Below, in pieces: positions 17,767 through 27,021 of a stretch of DNA of 64,000 nt. Positions within the stretch are counted from its first letter, which is position 1. Every line of letters starts with the position of its first letter. The position numbers and the translations under genes are program-made. Under the pieces are notes generated by a model, which worked only from the letters and a program-made list of their open reading frames with translations, did not search any database and had not been told where the DNA came from. Source of the DNA: an uncultured Collinsella sp. (GTDB lineage: Bacteria > Actinomycetota > Coriobacteriia > Coriobacteriales > Coriobacteriaceae); contig CALJDJ010000104.1 of assembly GCA_938023705.1 (NCBI GenBank), forward strand, positions 4,297-68,296. The letters are read 5' to 3'.

Positions 17767-19071
17767 CTACTCCCCCGCCACGCTTGCGCGCAGCTTGGCG
17801 GCGATGGGCTCGGATGCCAGCAGGAACACGAGCATGACCACGGAGCACGCCAGGCAAACGATCCAGGTGCTCGCAAAGGAGCCCGTGGCATCGAACAGCA
17901 CGCCCGAGACGATAGCGCCCACGGTGCCGCCGACCATCTCGAGCGAGGTAATGGTGCCCGTGACCTTACCGAGGTCGGCCATGCCAAACTGCTTGGACGC
18001 GGCGATGGTAGGCGTGATGGTGCCCATGCACGTTCCAACACCAAAGCTCACAGCAGCGACAATAGGACCGAGGTCCGTCGTCGGGAAACACAGCGCCACG
18101 CAGGCGATAATGCACGCAACGGAGCCAAGGATATTGCCAAAGCGCAGGCCAAAGCGGTCATAGATCGCACCGAGCGAAATCTTGGCGATAACGACGGTAA
18201 CCATGTAGGCCGAAAGCACGGTGCCTGCCCACATGGGGTCGTGGCCGCCCGTGACGATCTTGGCACCGTTGACGGTAACACTCGTCATGTTGGTAACCTG
18301 GTTGGGCAGGATGGCGCCATTGACCAAGCCCATAAAGAGGAAGGCGACGACGAGCAGCCAAAATGCCGGGCTCTTCTTGATACGAGACCAGCCGACGCTA
18401 ACCTCGGGGGCCGTATGCTCGTCCTTATCGCCCGCGGTGGAAACAGACGGATCGCCCGGGTTCTCGCCGAGCGGCTTCAGGCCAATATCGGAAGGTTTGG
18501 TGCGGAAGGAGTAGGCCGTGATGGGCAGTGCCGCCACAATGCAGACGGCAGCGAGTACCAGGAACGCAGAGCGCCAGCCAACGCTCACGATGAGCGAGCT
18601 CACGATGGGAGACAGAATAGCGCCGCCAAAGCCCGAGCCCGAAAGTGCGATGGAGATGGCAAGGCCTCGCTTGGCCGTAAACCAGTTGGCGGTCACCAGG
18701 CTGATGAGCAGGCGGGTCGAGGCGACGGCAAAGCAGCCCGAGACGGCAAAGAGCACGTAGCCCTGCCACAGCTCACCGACAAAGCTCATACCGGCAAGAA
18801 CGGCAGAGGTGGCGATTACAGTGAGGGAGCCCAAAACGCGGCCGCTTACTTTATCGGCGACATGGCCAATGACAAGCGAGCCGATAACGCTCACCACGGT
18901 GGAGATGGCGTTGGAGATGTTGTACTGCGCAAGCGTGATGCCCAAGTCGCTTACGATGAGCGGCTGAAACAGGCTCATGCAGTTAACGAAAATCGTGTAG
19001 CACGTGGCCATGATCACAAAGCCGGAGGCCACCACGAGCCAGCCGGGGAAAAATTTACGTTGCTGGGACAT
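17767..19071 (-). CDS. MFS transporter
   Basis: 434 aa with about 12 predicted TM segments in two 6-TM halves and a central hydrophilic loop. GGAG Shine-Dalgarno. Starts 3 nt after the M20 gene stop. Confidence 0.85.
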   Translation of the reverse strand: MSQQRKFFPGWLVVASGFVIMATCYTIFVNCMSLFQPLIVSDLGITLAQYNISNAISTVVSVIGSLVIGHVADKVSGRVLGSLTVIATSAVLAGMSFVGELWQGYVLFAVSGCFAVASTRLLISLVTANWFTAKRGLAISIALSGSGFGGAILSPIVSSLIVSVGWRSAFLVLAAVCIVAALPITAYSFRTKPSDIGLKPLGENPGDPSVSTAGDKDEHTAPEVSVGWSRIKKSPAFWLLVVAFLFMGLVNGAILPNQVTNMTSVTVNGAKIVTGGHDPMWAGTVLSAYMVTVVIAKISLGAIYDRFGLRFGNILGSVACIIACVALCFPTTDLGPIVAAVSFGVGTCMGTITPTIAASKQFGMADLGKVTGTITSLEMVGGTVGAIVSGVLFDATGSFASTWIVCLACSVVMLVFLLASEPIAAKLRASVAGE

Positions 19072-19074
19072 GGA

Positions 19075-20373
19075 TTACTCCTTGTGGTCCGCAATGTATC
19101 CGAGAGCGACGGCGGCATAAGCCGCGGCGCCGAGGGGAAGCTCGGCATCGTTAAAGCGCGCCTTGGGATGATGCTGGGCAAAATGCTCGTCCGTATCGGT
19201 CACGGCCGCGCCCACCGTAAAGTACGCACTTGGGATCTCGCTCGAGATAAGTGCGAAATCCTCGCTCGCCATGGCGTGGAATAGCGGCAGGAAGGCAGCC
19301 TTGGGCAGCACCGCGCCCACGTAGCCAAGCGAGGCCTGGGTCATATCGCCGTCGAGCACGAGCGGCGGAACGTCCGAAAGCGTCTCGATGGTTGCCAGCG
19401 TACGATATGTTGCGGCAACGCCGTTGACGACCTCCGCGATGCGGGTCTTAAGGTGAGCCATGAGCTCGACATCGAAGCCGCGCAACGTTCCCTCGAGCAC
19501 GCAGGTGTCGGGGATGACGTTGGCCGCCAAACCGCCAGCGAACTTACCCACGGTAAGCGCGACCTCCTTGGCCGCCGGCACCTCGCGAGAGATAAGCTCC
19601 TGAAGCGCCAGGTGCACATGCACGCCGGCCGTGATGGGGTCGATGCAGATCTCGGGGCTCGAGCCATGGCCACCCTTGCCCTGCAGCGTGATGCGGAAAC
19701 CGTACACGCCCGAGAGCGCCGGACTCCCATAGAGCACCAGGCCAAGCGGCGACTGGCTATTGACATGCATGGCAAAGGCGGCCTGGGGACGCGGGTTCTG
19801 CAGCAGACCGTCGGCGATGGCGGCGCGGGTACCCTCAAAGGTTTCCTCGCCCGGCTGGAACAGCAACTTAACTGTGGCGTTAGCGTCGACAAGCTCGGAC
19901 TCGCGGGCCTTGAGCAAACGGGCCGCGCCGAGCAGCGCCGTCGCATGCATATCGTGGCCACAAGCGTGCATGCAGCCGTTGGTGGAAGCGAAAGGCTCGC
20001 CCGATTCCTCGACAACGGGCAGGGCATCCATGTCGCCGCGAAGCATGATGACCGTACCGGCCTGTTCGTCCGTGCAGACGCCATTGCCCTGGGCCGCGGC
20101 GGCACCGGCGCCGACAAGGCCCACAACACAGGAACCATCGACGAGCGTGGCAAATGGGATTTCCATCTCGGTCAGGCGCGCTTGAATATACGCAGAGGTC
20201 TGCGGGAGGCTATTACCCAGCTCGGGCATCTGGTGTAAATCGTGTCGCCACGCAGCGAGCTCGTCTGCAAAAGCCTGAGCTTCTGCAACAAGACCGTCAC
20301 CGATAGCGGTCTGCGCCGCGGCGGTGGCCTTGGGCGCTGATTGCGGTTGAAGATCGGACAAAGCTGGTGCCAT
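19075..20373 (-). CDS. M20D-family amidohydrolase (N-acyl-amino-acid amidohydrolase / hippuricase-like)
   Basis: Motifs LRGDMDALPV, HACGHDMH, FQPGEE. Start at the ATG preceded by GGAGGG. Confidence 0.85.
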   Translation of the reverse strand: MAPALSDLQPQSAPKATAAAQTAIGDGLVAEAQAFADELAAWRHDLHQMPELGNSLPQTSAYIQARLTEMEIPFATLVDGSCVVGLVGAGAAAAQGNGVCTDEQAGTVIMLRGDMDALPVVEESGEPFASTNGCMHACGHDMHATALLGAARLLKARESELVDANATVKLLFQPGEETFEGTRAAIADGLLQNPRPQAAFAMHVNSQSPLGLVLYGSPALSGVYGFRITLQGKGGHGSSPEICIDPITAGVHVHLALQELISREVPAAKEVALTVGKFAGGLAANVIPDTCVLEGTLRGFDVELMAHLKTRIAEVVNGVAATYRTLATIETLSDVPPLVLDGDMTQASLGYVGAVLPKAAFLPLFHAMASEDFALISSEIPSAYFTVGAAVTDTDEHFAQHHPKARFNDAELPLGAAAYAAVALGYIADHKE

Positions 20374-20489
20374 AGATGCCCTCCAGTATCGTTTTTGCAG
20401 CAAGCACTTTGATAGCGTAAAGTGCAAGGTACTACTTTAAGGGCGAGGCATAAAAAATGCCGCCCCGGGAGGGCGGCGCAACAAGTTGT

Positions 20490-21473
20490 TTACAATTGCG
20501 GGCGCGGCTTTCGACGCAAAAAATCGAAGTGAGTCTCGCTCAAGATAATCGACAGGAAGATGAGCGCGAAGCCGGCGAGCAGGCGCGAGGTGAGCGCCTC
20601 CCCCATCAGCAGCACCGAAAACAACACGCCCGAAGGGGACTCCATCGAAAGGAGCAGCGAGCCCGTCGAGGCCGGGACATGCGCCAGGCCGACGTTTTGG
20701 ATGAGCAGAGCCGCGCATGTGCAGCCCACCGAGAGAAACGCCATCGCACTGATAAAGCTCGGCGTCCACACGGACAGAGGCGCTTGGGTCTCGAATAGCA
20801 GCGACGTTGCCAGGCTCAGCACGCCGTTGCCCACAAACATCCAAAACGTGATGACGTTGATGTCCATTTTGCGACCGTACTTGGCAGTCACCGCCATCTG
20901 GATGGCGAAAAAGGCCGCACCCGCCAGCGTAATGACGTCACCAATGTTGAATTCAACGCTATCGAGTGCGACGAGGCCAATGCCCGCTAGGCACAGCAGC
21001 GCGGCACCCAAGTTGTAGCGCGTGAGCTTTTCGCCGCTCAGGAAATAGCTCGCGAACGGCACAAGGATGCAATACGTGCCCGTCAAAAAAGCATTCTTGC
21101 CCGCCGTAGTATGTGCCAGACCGACCGTCTGCAGCGCATAGGCCGCCCACATGAGCACGCCCATACTCAGGCCAACGATCAGGTTGCGAGCGTTGAGGTG
21201 CGCGATGATGCGCTTGTGGAAGACGGCAAACATGACCAACGCTGCGGGCAGAAAACGTACATAGAGCAGCGCGAACACCGGAATGGTGCCGAGTGCGTCC
21301 TTCATAGTGGTAAAGGAGTAGCCCCAGATGACCGCCACCGAAAGGAGCAGAACCTTCCAGAACAACGGCGAACGAGCACCGGCACCACGGGAGGTGCCGC
21401 CCGCACCCAGGTCCTCGCGAGCAACAGGGCTATCGGGCATGTTTTCAATTTCGTTGGCAGCGTATTGGGCCAT
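20490..21473 (-). CDS. DMT-superfamily (EamA-like) transporter
   Basis: 327 aa, 10-TM pattern with two EamA-like halves. Confidence 0.8.
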   Translation of the reverse strand: MAQYAANEIENMPDSPVAREDLGAGGTSRGAGARSPLFWKVLLLSVAVIWGYSFTTMKDALGTIPVFALLYVRFLPAALVMFAVFHKRIIAHLNARNLIVGLSMGVLMWAAYALQTVGLAHTTAGKNAFLTGTYCILVPFASYFLSGEKLTRYNLGAALLCLAGIGLVALDSVEFNIGDVITLAGAAFFAIQMAVTAKYGRKMDINVITFWMFVGNGVLSLATSLLFETQAPLSVWTPSFISAMAFLSVGCTCAALLIQNVGLAHVPASTGSLLLSMESPSGVLFSVLLMGEALTSRLLAGFALIFLSIILSETHFDFLRRKPRPQL

Positions 21474-21540
21474 GGAACATCCTCACACTCAAACTGGGCG
21501 TGGTGTCCGCACGCGTATGGCTGCGTGCCGCCTCATGGTC

Positions 21541-21578
21541 AAATAAAAACGGGACGCGCCGGACCCCCGGCACGCCCC
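21541..21578 (-). terminator. Rho-independent terminator downstream of the YhgE/Pip pair
   Basis: Minus strand: GGGGCGTGCCGG-GGGT-CCGGCGCGTCCC followed by GTTTTTATTT. Confidence 0.8.
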
Positions 21579-21673
21579 GCTACTGTAGCAACAACCAGCG
21601 TTGCACCGCAATCCAGCCCACTAAAGCGTCAGCAAAGTGAACCTCGATGTTTTGTCAATGTCACGCTGTTGCA

Positions 21674-23863
21674 CTAAATAAGCTTCGTGCTTTCAAGCTT
21701 TTCGATGATCCAGTCGTTGGCTTTGATGACCGGACGGCGGAAGACGACGCCCAGGGCCAGCGACGGAATCAGATAGCTCGCCAGAATGCCTAGCTCAACC
21801 CAGTACTCCATATGGTAGGCGCCGGCCATGGCAGCATGCATGGCGTTGATGCCATGGGTGAACGGCAGGAACGGATATATCGCCTGGAACACGGGACCGG
21901 TCATCTCGATGGGGAACGTGCCGCCCGAACCACCGACCTGCATGACCAACAGCACGACAGCGAGCGCCTTGCCGATATCGCCAAACGAAACCGTAAGCGT
22001 ATAGACGATATTGGAGAACACGAGACTCGCGACCCAGCCCGCCAGCACAAACTGCAGCGGGTTGTCGCACTGAATGCCAAAGAACAGGATGTCACCCGCG
22101 CACACGAGCGTTGCCTGCAGCAGGGCCAAACCGCCAAAGAACAGGTAACGGCCCAGATAGATCTCGTGCAGGCGTACGGGGATGAGCTCGTTGATAAGCT
22201 CATCGTCAACCGAGACCTTCATCATGGCCGCCAGTACAATCGAGCCGACCCAAAGCGACAGAATCGTGTAGAACGGTGCCATGGCCGAACCGTAATTGCG
22301 GATCGGATAGACCGGTTTGCGGTCGAGCGCGACGGGGCCGGAAAGCGACACGGCCAGACCCTCGGGATCGTTGCCGATCATCGTCTTGATCGTAGCGAGG
22401 TCATCCGACATCAAGGCACCGTCGAGTTCGTCCTTAAACGCGCTGATCTTGTCCGACGCCTCGCCCAGCTGATCGGAAGCCTTGTTGACCAGCTTTGCAG
22501 CCCTGGAGAGGCCCTTTGCCAGCGAACCGGATGCGTCGGTCAGGCCATCTACGGCGCTATCCAGATCGCCCGAGATACCGTTGAGCGAATCCAGAATGCC
22601 CGAAACCGTCTTCTTGAGCTCCTTTGCCTTGACCGAGAACGTGGAGTCGTAGTCGGACTTGGCGCCCGAAATGCCCGCCTTGGCATCGGCGATGGCCTGG
22701 TCGACCTCGGCACGCGTGCTGTTGACCTCTGCCATGCTGTCAGAAAGGGACTTAGCAGTTGCCGTCAGGTCCTTGGCGTTGTTGCGATACTCCACCGCGA
22801 TCCTGCTCAGCGATGTTGCCACAGACTTGAGGCTCTCCTGGAGCTTTTCGTCACTGACCTGCTCGGCAAAGCCGCGGAGCTGGTCGGCCGTGGCGTCGAT
22901 ATCGTCGGCACGTGTATTGAGCGCCGCCGCGGCATCGTTGAGCTGAGACACCGTAAGGTAAACATGCTGATTCGCAGCATCGAATGCCTTCGCAAGCTCG
23001 GCGGACACGTTGTCGAACGAGCCCGTGCTTCCGTCAATCGCGGCGTTGATGACGTCGTTTGCCGCCTTAAGCGCCTCTTTGGAATCATCGATGCCGCTTT
23101 TGGCATGTTCCATGAGCTGCTTTGTCGACTCATCGATGGCACCGGTCTGCTTGAGCATACCGCTCGCCGACGTCAACGAATCGGACGTGGAGTTCAAAAT
23201 GCCCGCCAGCGACGAAGCATTAGCCTGAACGTCTTGCAGGTCCTCAATCGAATCGCCGAGCGTCGAGGACAGGTTGGCGATAAAGTTGCTGACCTGGTCG
23301 GTGCTCATGTAATCGAGCAGACTGGATACCGTCTTAAGACCGATGCTCGTAATGGTCTCGGTAAAAGATTCGTTAACCTGGTTCTGAACGGCGCTCGAAC
23401 CCTTCTCGGTCACGATCTGCGCGATGGCGTTGGCCTTCTGGTTCTCGTAAAACTCGATATCGGCGTGTTTCACGTCGGTCGAGAAAAGCGTCATCATGTC
23501 AGCGCTAAACGTTTTGGGGATAACGACGGCAGCATAGTATGCGCCCGACTTAACGCCCTCGATAGCCTTTTCGCGATCGTTAAGCACAACCCAATCGAAG
23601 CTCTCGTTGCCGCGTAGGGTGGCGGTCACGTTTTCTCCCACGTTAACCTCGACGGGAATCAGATCACTCTCGTAACCCTCATCGGTGTTGACCACGGCGA
23701 TCTTAAGATTGCCGGTGTTGCCGTACGGATCCCAGCTGCCGGCGATGTTAAACCACGCGTACAGACACGGCACGATAATGAGGCCCATCACGACAATCAA
23801 GCCGATCACGGAGCGAGACACGTTTTGGACATCGCGCTTAAACAGATGCAGGATGTTCTTCAT
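21674..23863 (-). CDS. YhgE/Pip-domain membrane protein (paralog 2)
   Basis: N-terminal YhgE/Pip motif (LIVVMGLIIVPCLYAWFNIAGSWDPYGNTGNLKIAVVNTD), a long coiled-coil ectodomain, and a C-terminal ABC-2-like 5-TM bundle. Confidence 0.88.
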   Translation of the reverse strand: MKNILHLFKRDVQNVSRSVIGLIVVMGLIIVPCLYAWFNIAGSWDPYGNTGNLKIAVVNTDEGYESDLIPVEVNVGENVTATLRGNESFDWVVLNDREKAIEGVKSGAYYAAVVIPKTFSADMMTLFSTDVKHADIEFYENQKANAIAQIVTEKGSSAVQNQVNESFTETITSIGLKTVSSLLDYMSTDQVSNFIANLSSTLGDSIEDLQDVQANASSLAGILNSTSDSLTSASGMLKQTGAIDESTKQLMEHAKSGIDDSKEALKAANDVINAAIDGSTGSFDNVSAELAKAFDAANQHVYLTVSQLNDAAAALNTRADDIDATADQLRGFAEQVSDEKLQESLKSVATSLSRIAVEYRNNAKDLTATAKSLSDSMAEVNSTRAEVDQAIADAKAGISGAKSDYDSTFSVKAKELKKTVSGILDSLNGISGDLDSAVDGLTDASGSLAKGLSRAAKLVNKASDQLGEASDKISAFKDELDGALMSDDLATIKTMIGNDPEGLAVSLSGPVALDRKPVYPIRNYGSAMAPFYTILSLWVGSIVLAAMMKVSVDDELINELIPVRLHEIYLGRYLFFGGLALLQATLVCAGDILFFGIQCDNPLQFVLAGWVASLVFSNIVYTLTVSFGDIGKALAVVLLVMQVGGSGGTFPIEMTGPVFQAIYPFLPFTHGINAMHAAMAGAYHMEYWVELGILASYLIPSLALGVVFRRPVIKANDWIIEKLESTKLI

Positions 23864-26644
23864 TTATGCCTCACCTCCTTTGGAGTGCTTGCCAAGCGCG
23901 GTGGTATCTCCATCATTTATGGCTGTGCTGTCGCTGCCCTGAGATTTATGGTGCGAGCCTATATGCGGCAAGCGGCCCGTGGACTGATCGCCGCCCTTGG
24001 CACCACACTCGCTGGCGTTGAGGCCAAACATGTGGCGGGCGGCAGGAATGGCGGCCGTGTGCTCGCGCATCTCGCGACGCAGGTCCTCATCCGAAAGCGC
24101 CGAGATGCGCATCTGGGTATTGAGGCTCGCGCGGATATATTCGATATTGATAAGCCAGCTGCAGATGGCAATAACCGAGATGATCCAAATGACAAGCAGG
24201 ATGATCTTGCCGTTATTGTCGATATCGAGAACCGTCGACAGGACAAAGAGCAGGACCTGAACGCCCACCACGGCGGCAAAACCGCCTTTAATGTAGTAGG
24301 GGTAACGGTGCTCAAACGCCACGGCATGATCGAGCAGCTCGCGACGGTACGAATCCGAATCGAGCATGACGCGCATGGCCGTGCGCAGCGAGTAGCGCTT
24401 GCGCGGCAGGTCATTGGACTCGCAGATCATCATACCGGTCGTGGAAAGCTGTTTATCAAAGAGCAGGTTGAGGTTGAGCAGCAGCGGACGCAGCTGCAGG
24501 CCGATAAAGAGCGCCACGATCAAGAACACGCCCAGAATGCACAGGTTAAACAAGTAGTTGAACGAGTACATGCCGCCGACCGTCTCGCGCAGCAGATTGA
24601 TGCCGTAGGTAAAGGGCAGCAGCGGGTGCAGCCACTGGAAGAAGCCGGGCATCATCTCGATGGGGTACATGCCCGACGAGCCGGGGATCTGCACAATGAC
24701 GAGGATGACGCCAATGGCTTTACCGATATGCTTAAACGTGGTGGACAGCGCATAGATGATGTTGACGTAGGTGAACGAAATAGCGATGCCGCCCAGTACA
24801 AAGAGCAGCGGATTGACGCACTGAACGCCAATGACCAGGTCGCCCACCGTAACGATAATGGCCTGGAACGCGCCCAGGATCACCAGCAGCAGCCAGCGGC
24901 CAAAGTAGCCCTGACGCGCCGTAAAGCTACCGATGCCCTCGCGGTCGACCTCGAGTTTATAGATAGCGATGAGCACATAGCCGCCTACCCACAGCGCCAG
25001 ATTGGTGTAGAAGGGCGCGATGCCCGAGCCAAAGCTCTTGACCGGATAGATTGACTTGGACGTCAGCTCAACCGGAGATGCCATGAAATCTGCCACGTCA
25101 TTGACGTCGACGTCCATGAGGTCGGCTAACTCGCCCATAGACTCAGAGGTCTGCAGCGCCGCAATGTCATTGGCGGCGGTCGCGAGCTTGTCCTGAACCT
25201 TGGCAAGGGAGGCGTCGGTTTGGGACAGCGTGGTCTTTGCCTGCTTGAGCGTGGCGTCGAGCTGCGCCAGCGTGCCGCGCGCGCTCGCTATCGTGGGGGT
25301 CATACCCGACACAATGCCGGTCAAATCGCCCGAAACGGCGGCAAAGGAGTCAAGCGCGCTCGAAGCCTTCGGAAGTGCGTTCTGACCCAGATCGGTCTGA
25401 GCCTGACCGAGGCTAGCCGTACCGGTCTGAATTGCCGCGTTGAGTGCGTTGCTCGCGTTCGAGATTGCCGTAGCGTCGTTTGCCATGGCGCTCGACTGTG
25501 CAGAAAGGCCATCCTTGATGCTCTGCAGCTTCTGGTTTTGCTCGCGAAGCGAATCGATGGTCGATACAATGCGCGCGTCAATTTCCTCGGAACCTGTCGA
25601 CGTGTCATTAACGAGAATCTCCAAGTGCCCGATAACGGCCTTATTGTGATCGATCGTCGCCTGGAGAGACTCGAGCGAGTTGTCGATGCGGGTGGTCGTA
25701 GATGTGACCGTACCCGTTAGCTTGCCAATCGCAGCGTTCGCGGAGGCTGACGTCTTGGTGAGTGCAAGGCTACCTTCCGAGAGTGCCTTGGAGAGCGAGG
25801 TGATAGAGTTGCCCGCCGTGGCGCGAGCCTCGCCCAGCAGATTATTACCCTGAGCGATTGCCTGCGTTAGCGAAGGCGCCTGCCCCTGCAGGCCCGCCAG
25901 CGCAGCATCGGCCGAAGCAATCGAGCTGCTTGTCTTGTCGATGGCGGTGTTCATGTCGCCGATGGAATCACGTACTTCGCCCAGGGTATCAGACGCCTCG
26001 GACACCGAGTCCGCCAGCGAATCCTGGGTCTGGGTTGCCTTGTCTTTAAGGTCGATGCCGGCATCCTTGGCGATGCCCGCTACGGTCTCGCCCACCGTGG
26101 AGACAAACTCCGAGTTGATCTGCTCCTCGATGGTGTTGGCACCGGTATCGGTGACCTTGGGCGCAATGGCGCTCTTCTTCTCATTGACGTAATAGGTGAG
26201 CTTCGGCTGATGGTAATTGCCATCGAGCATCGAGACAAGATTGTCGGAGAAGTTCTTGGGGATTACGATCGCCGCGTAGTATTCCCCGCTCTCGACACCC
26301 TCTTTGGCATCGGCAGCCGAGTCGACGAAGGTCCAGCCCAGCTGATCGTTCTCCTTGAGCTGATCGACCACCTTATCGCCCGCGTTGAGCTCGCCCACTA
26401 GGTCGTTCTGAGTGCCCTGATCGTTGTTGGCGATAGCGATTTTAATGCCCTGGGTGTTTCCATATGGATCCCAGTTAGCCACGATGTTGTACCAAGCGTA
26501 CAGCGAGGGGATAACGCACACGCCCAGGGTAACCACCAAGGCGACGGGGTTCACAAGCAGTCGCTTAATGTCGCGCTTGAATATCGCAAAGGAGACCTTT
26601 GCATCGGATAGTTTGCTGCCGAGACTCACGCTTGGACCATCCAT
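23864..26644 (-). CDS. YhgE/Pip-domain membrane protein (paralog 1) with an extra C-terminal TM/cytoplasmic extension
   Basis: Same architecture (VIPSLYAWYNIVANWDPYGNTQGIKIAIANND) plus about 190 additional C-terminal residues. Its stop abuts the ATG of paralog 2. Confidence 0.88.
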   Translation of the reverse strand: MDGPSVSLGSKLSDAKVSFAIFKRDIKRLLVNPVALVVTLGVCVIPSLYAWYNIVANWDPYGNTQGIKIAIANNDQGTQNDLVGELNAGDKVVDQLKENDQLGWTFVDSAADAKEGVESGEYYAAIVIPKNFSDNLVSMLDGNYHQPKLTYYVNEKKSAIAPKVTDTGANTIEEQINSEFVSTVGETVAGIAKDAGIDLKDKATQTQDSLADSVSEASDTLGEVRDSIGDMNTAIDKTSSSIASADAALAGLQGQAPSLTQAIAQGNNLLGEARATAGNSITSLSKALSEGSLALTKTSASANAAIGKLTGTVTSTTTRIDNSLESLQATIDHNKAVIGHLEILVNDTSTGSEEIDARIVSTIDSLREQNQKLQSIKDGLSAQSSAMANDATAISNASNALNAAIQTGTASLGQAQTDLGQNALPKASSALDSFAAVSGDLTGIVSGMTPTIASARGTLAQLDATLKQAKTTLSQTDASLAKVQDKLATAANDIAALQTSESMGELADLMDVDVNDVADFMASPVELTSKSIYPVKSFGSGIAPFYTNLALWVGGYVLIAIYKLEVDREGIGSFTARQGYFGRWLLLVILGAFQAIIVTVGDLVIGVQCVNPLLFVLGGIAISFTYVNIIYALSTTFKHIGKAIGVILVIVQIPGSSGMYPIEMMPGFFQWLHPLLPFTYGINLLRETVGGMYSFNYLFNLCILGVFLIVALFIGLQLRPLLLNLNLLFDKQLSTTGMMICESNDLPRKRYSLRTAMRVMLDSDSYRRELLDHAVAFEHRYPYYIKGGFAAVVGVQVLLFVLSTVLDIDNNGKIILLVIWIISVIAICSWLINIEYIRASLNTQMRISALSDEDLRREMREHTAAIPAARHMFGLNASECGAKGGDQSTGRLPHIGSHHKSQGSDSTAINDGDTTALGKHSKGGEA

Positions 26645-26830
26645 CCTGTCGTTGAATCAAATCGTACTATCAACAACCATTGTACGTAGGCGCTTTAGCG
26701 TCTCGAAGCACAATGGTATTGAGTTTTGCGGGTAGCAATATACTACGAAGATTAGTTAACGTACAGTTGTACAGTATCTCAAATTTCAGCAGGTCGCAAA
26801 ACCACAACCCGCACAAATTAACAATCCGAA

Positions 26831-26985
26831 TAGTCATCGGGGGCGTTCTTAAACGACCAGTCAAACAAGAACGTCCCCAACGACTAATGGTGCAAGGAAT
26901 GTCCCAAACTGCCGGCAGAAAAGGAACGTCCCCAAGTGCCACATTCCCCAACGACTAGTCATTTAAGAACGTCCCCAACGACTAC
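26831..26985. repeat. Cluster of about 6 copies of a 10-11-nt motif, (A/G)GAA(C/T)GTCCC(C), in both orientations
   Basis: Copies near 26839 (inverted), 26868, 26897, 26923 and 26966, plus a degenerate one near 26941. TAGTCATCGGGGGCGTTCTTAAA (26831-26853) is the near-complement of TTTAAGAACGTCCCCAACGACTA (26961-26983). Confidence 0.8.
26893..26933 (+). repeat. 40-nt repeat, copy A (CAAGGAATGTCCCAAACTGCCGGCAGAAAAGGAACGTCCC)
   Basis: Matches 30885-30924 at 38 of 40 positions in the same orientation. Contains the perfect palindrome CTGCCGGCAG, flanked by GGAA(T/C)GTCCC direct repeats. Confidence 0.9.
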
Positions 26986-27021
26986 CCATAACAACGCCGA
27001 TGTTTTGGCGCGGACAGACAC

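Noticed and set aside
26831-26985. Possible CRISPR array or other regularly spaced repeat array.
   Set aside because: The repeats are only about 10-11 nt, irregularly spaced, in mixed orientation, and no cas genes are in the window. Kept as a motif cluster instead.
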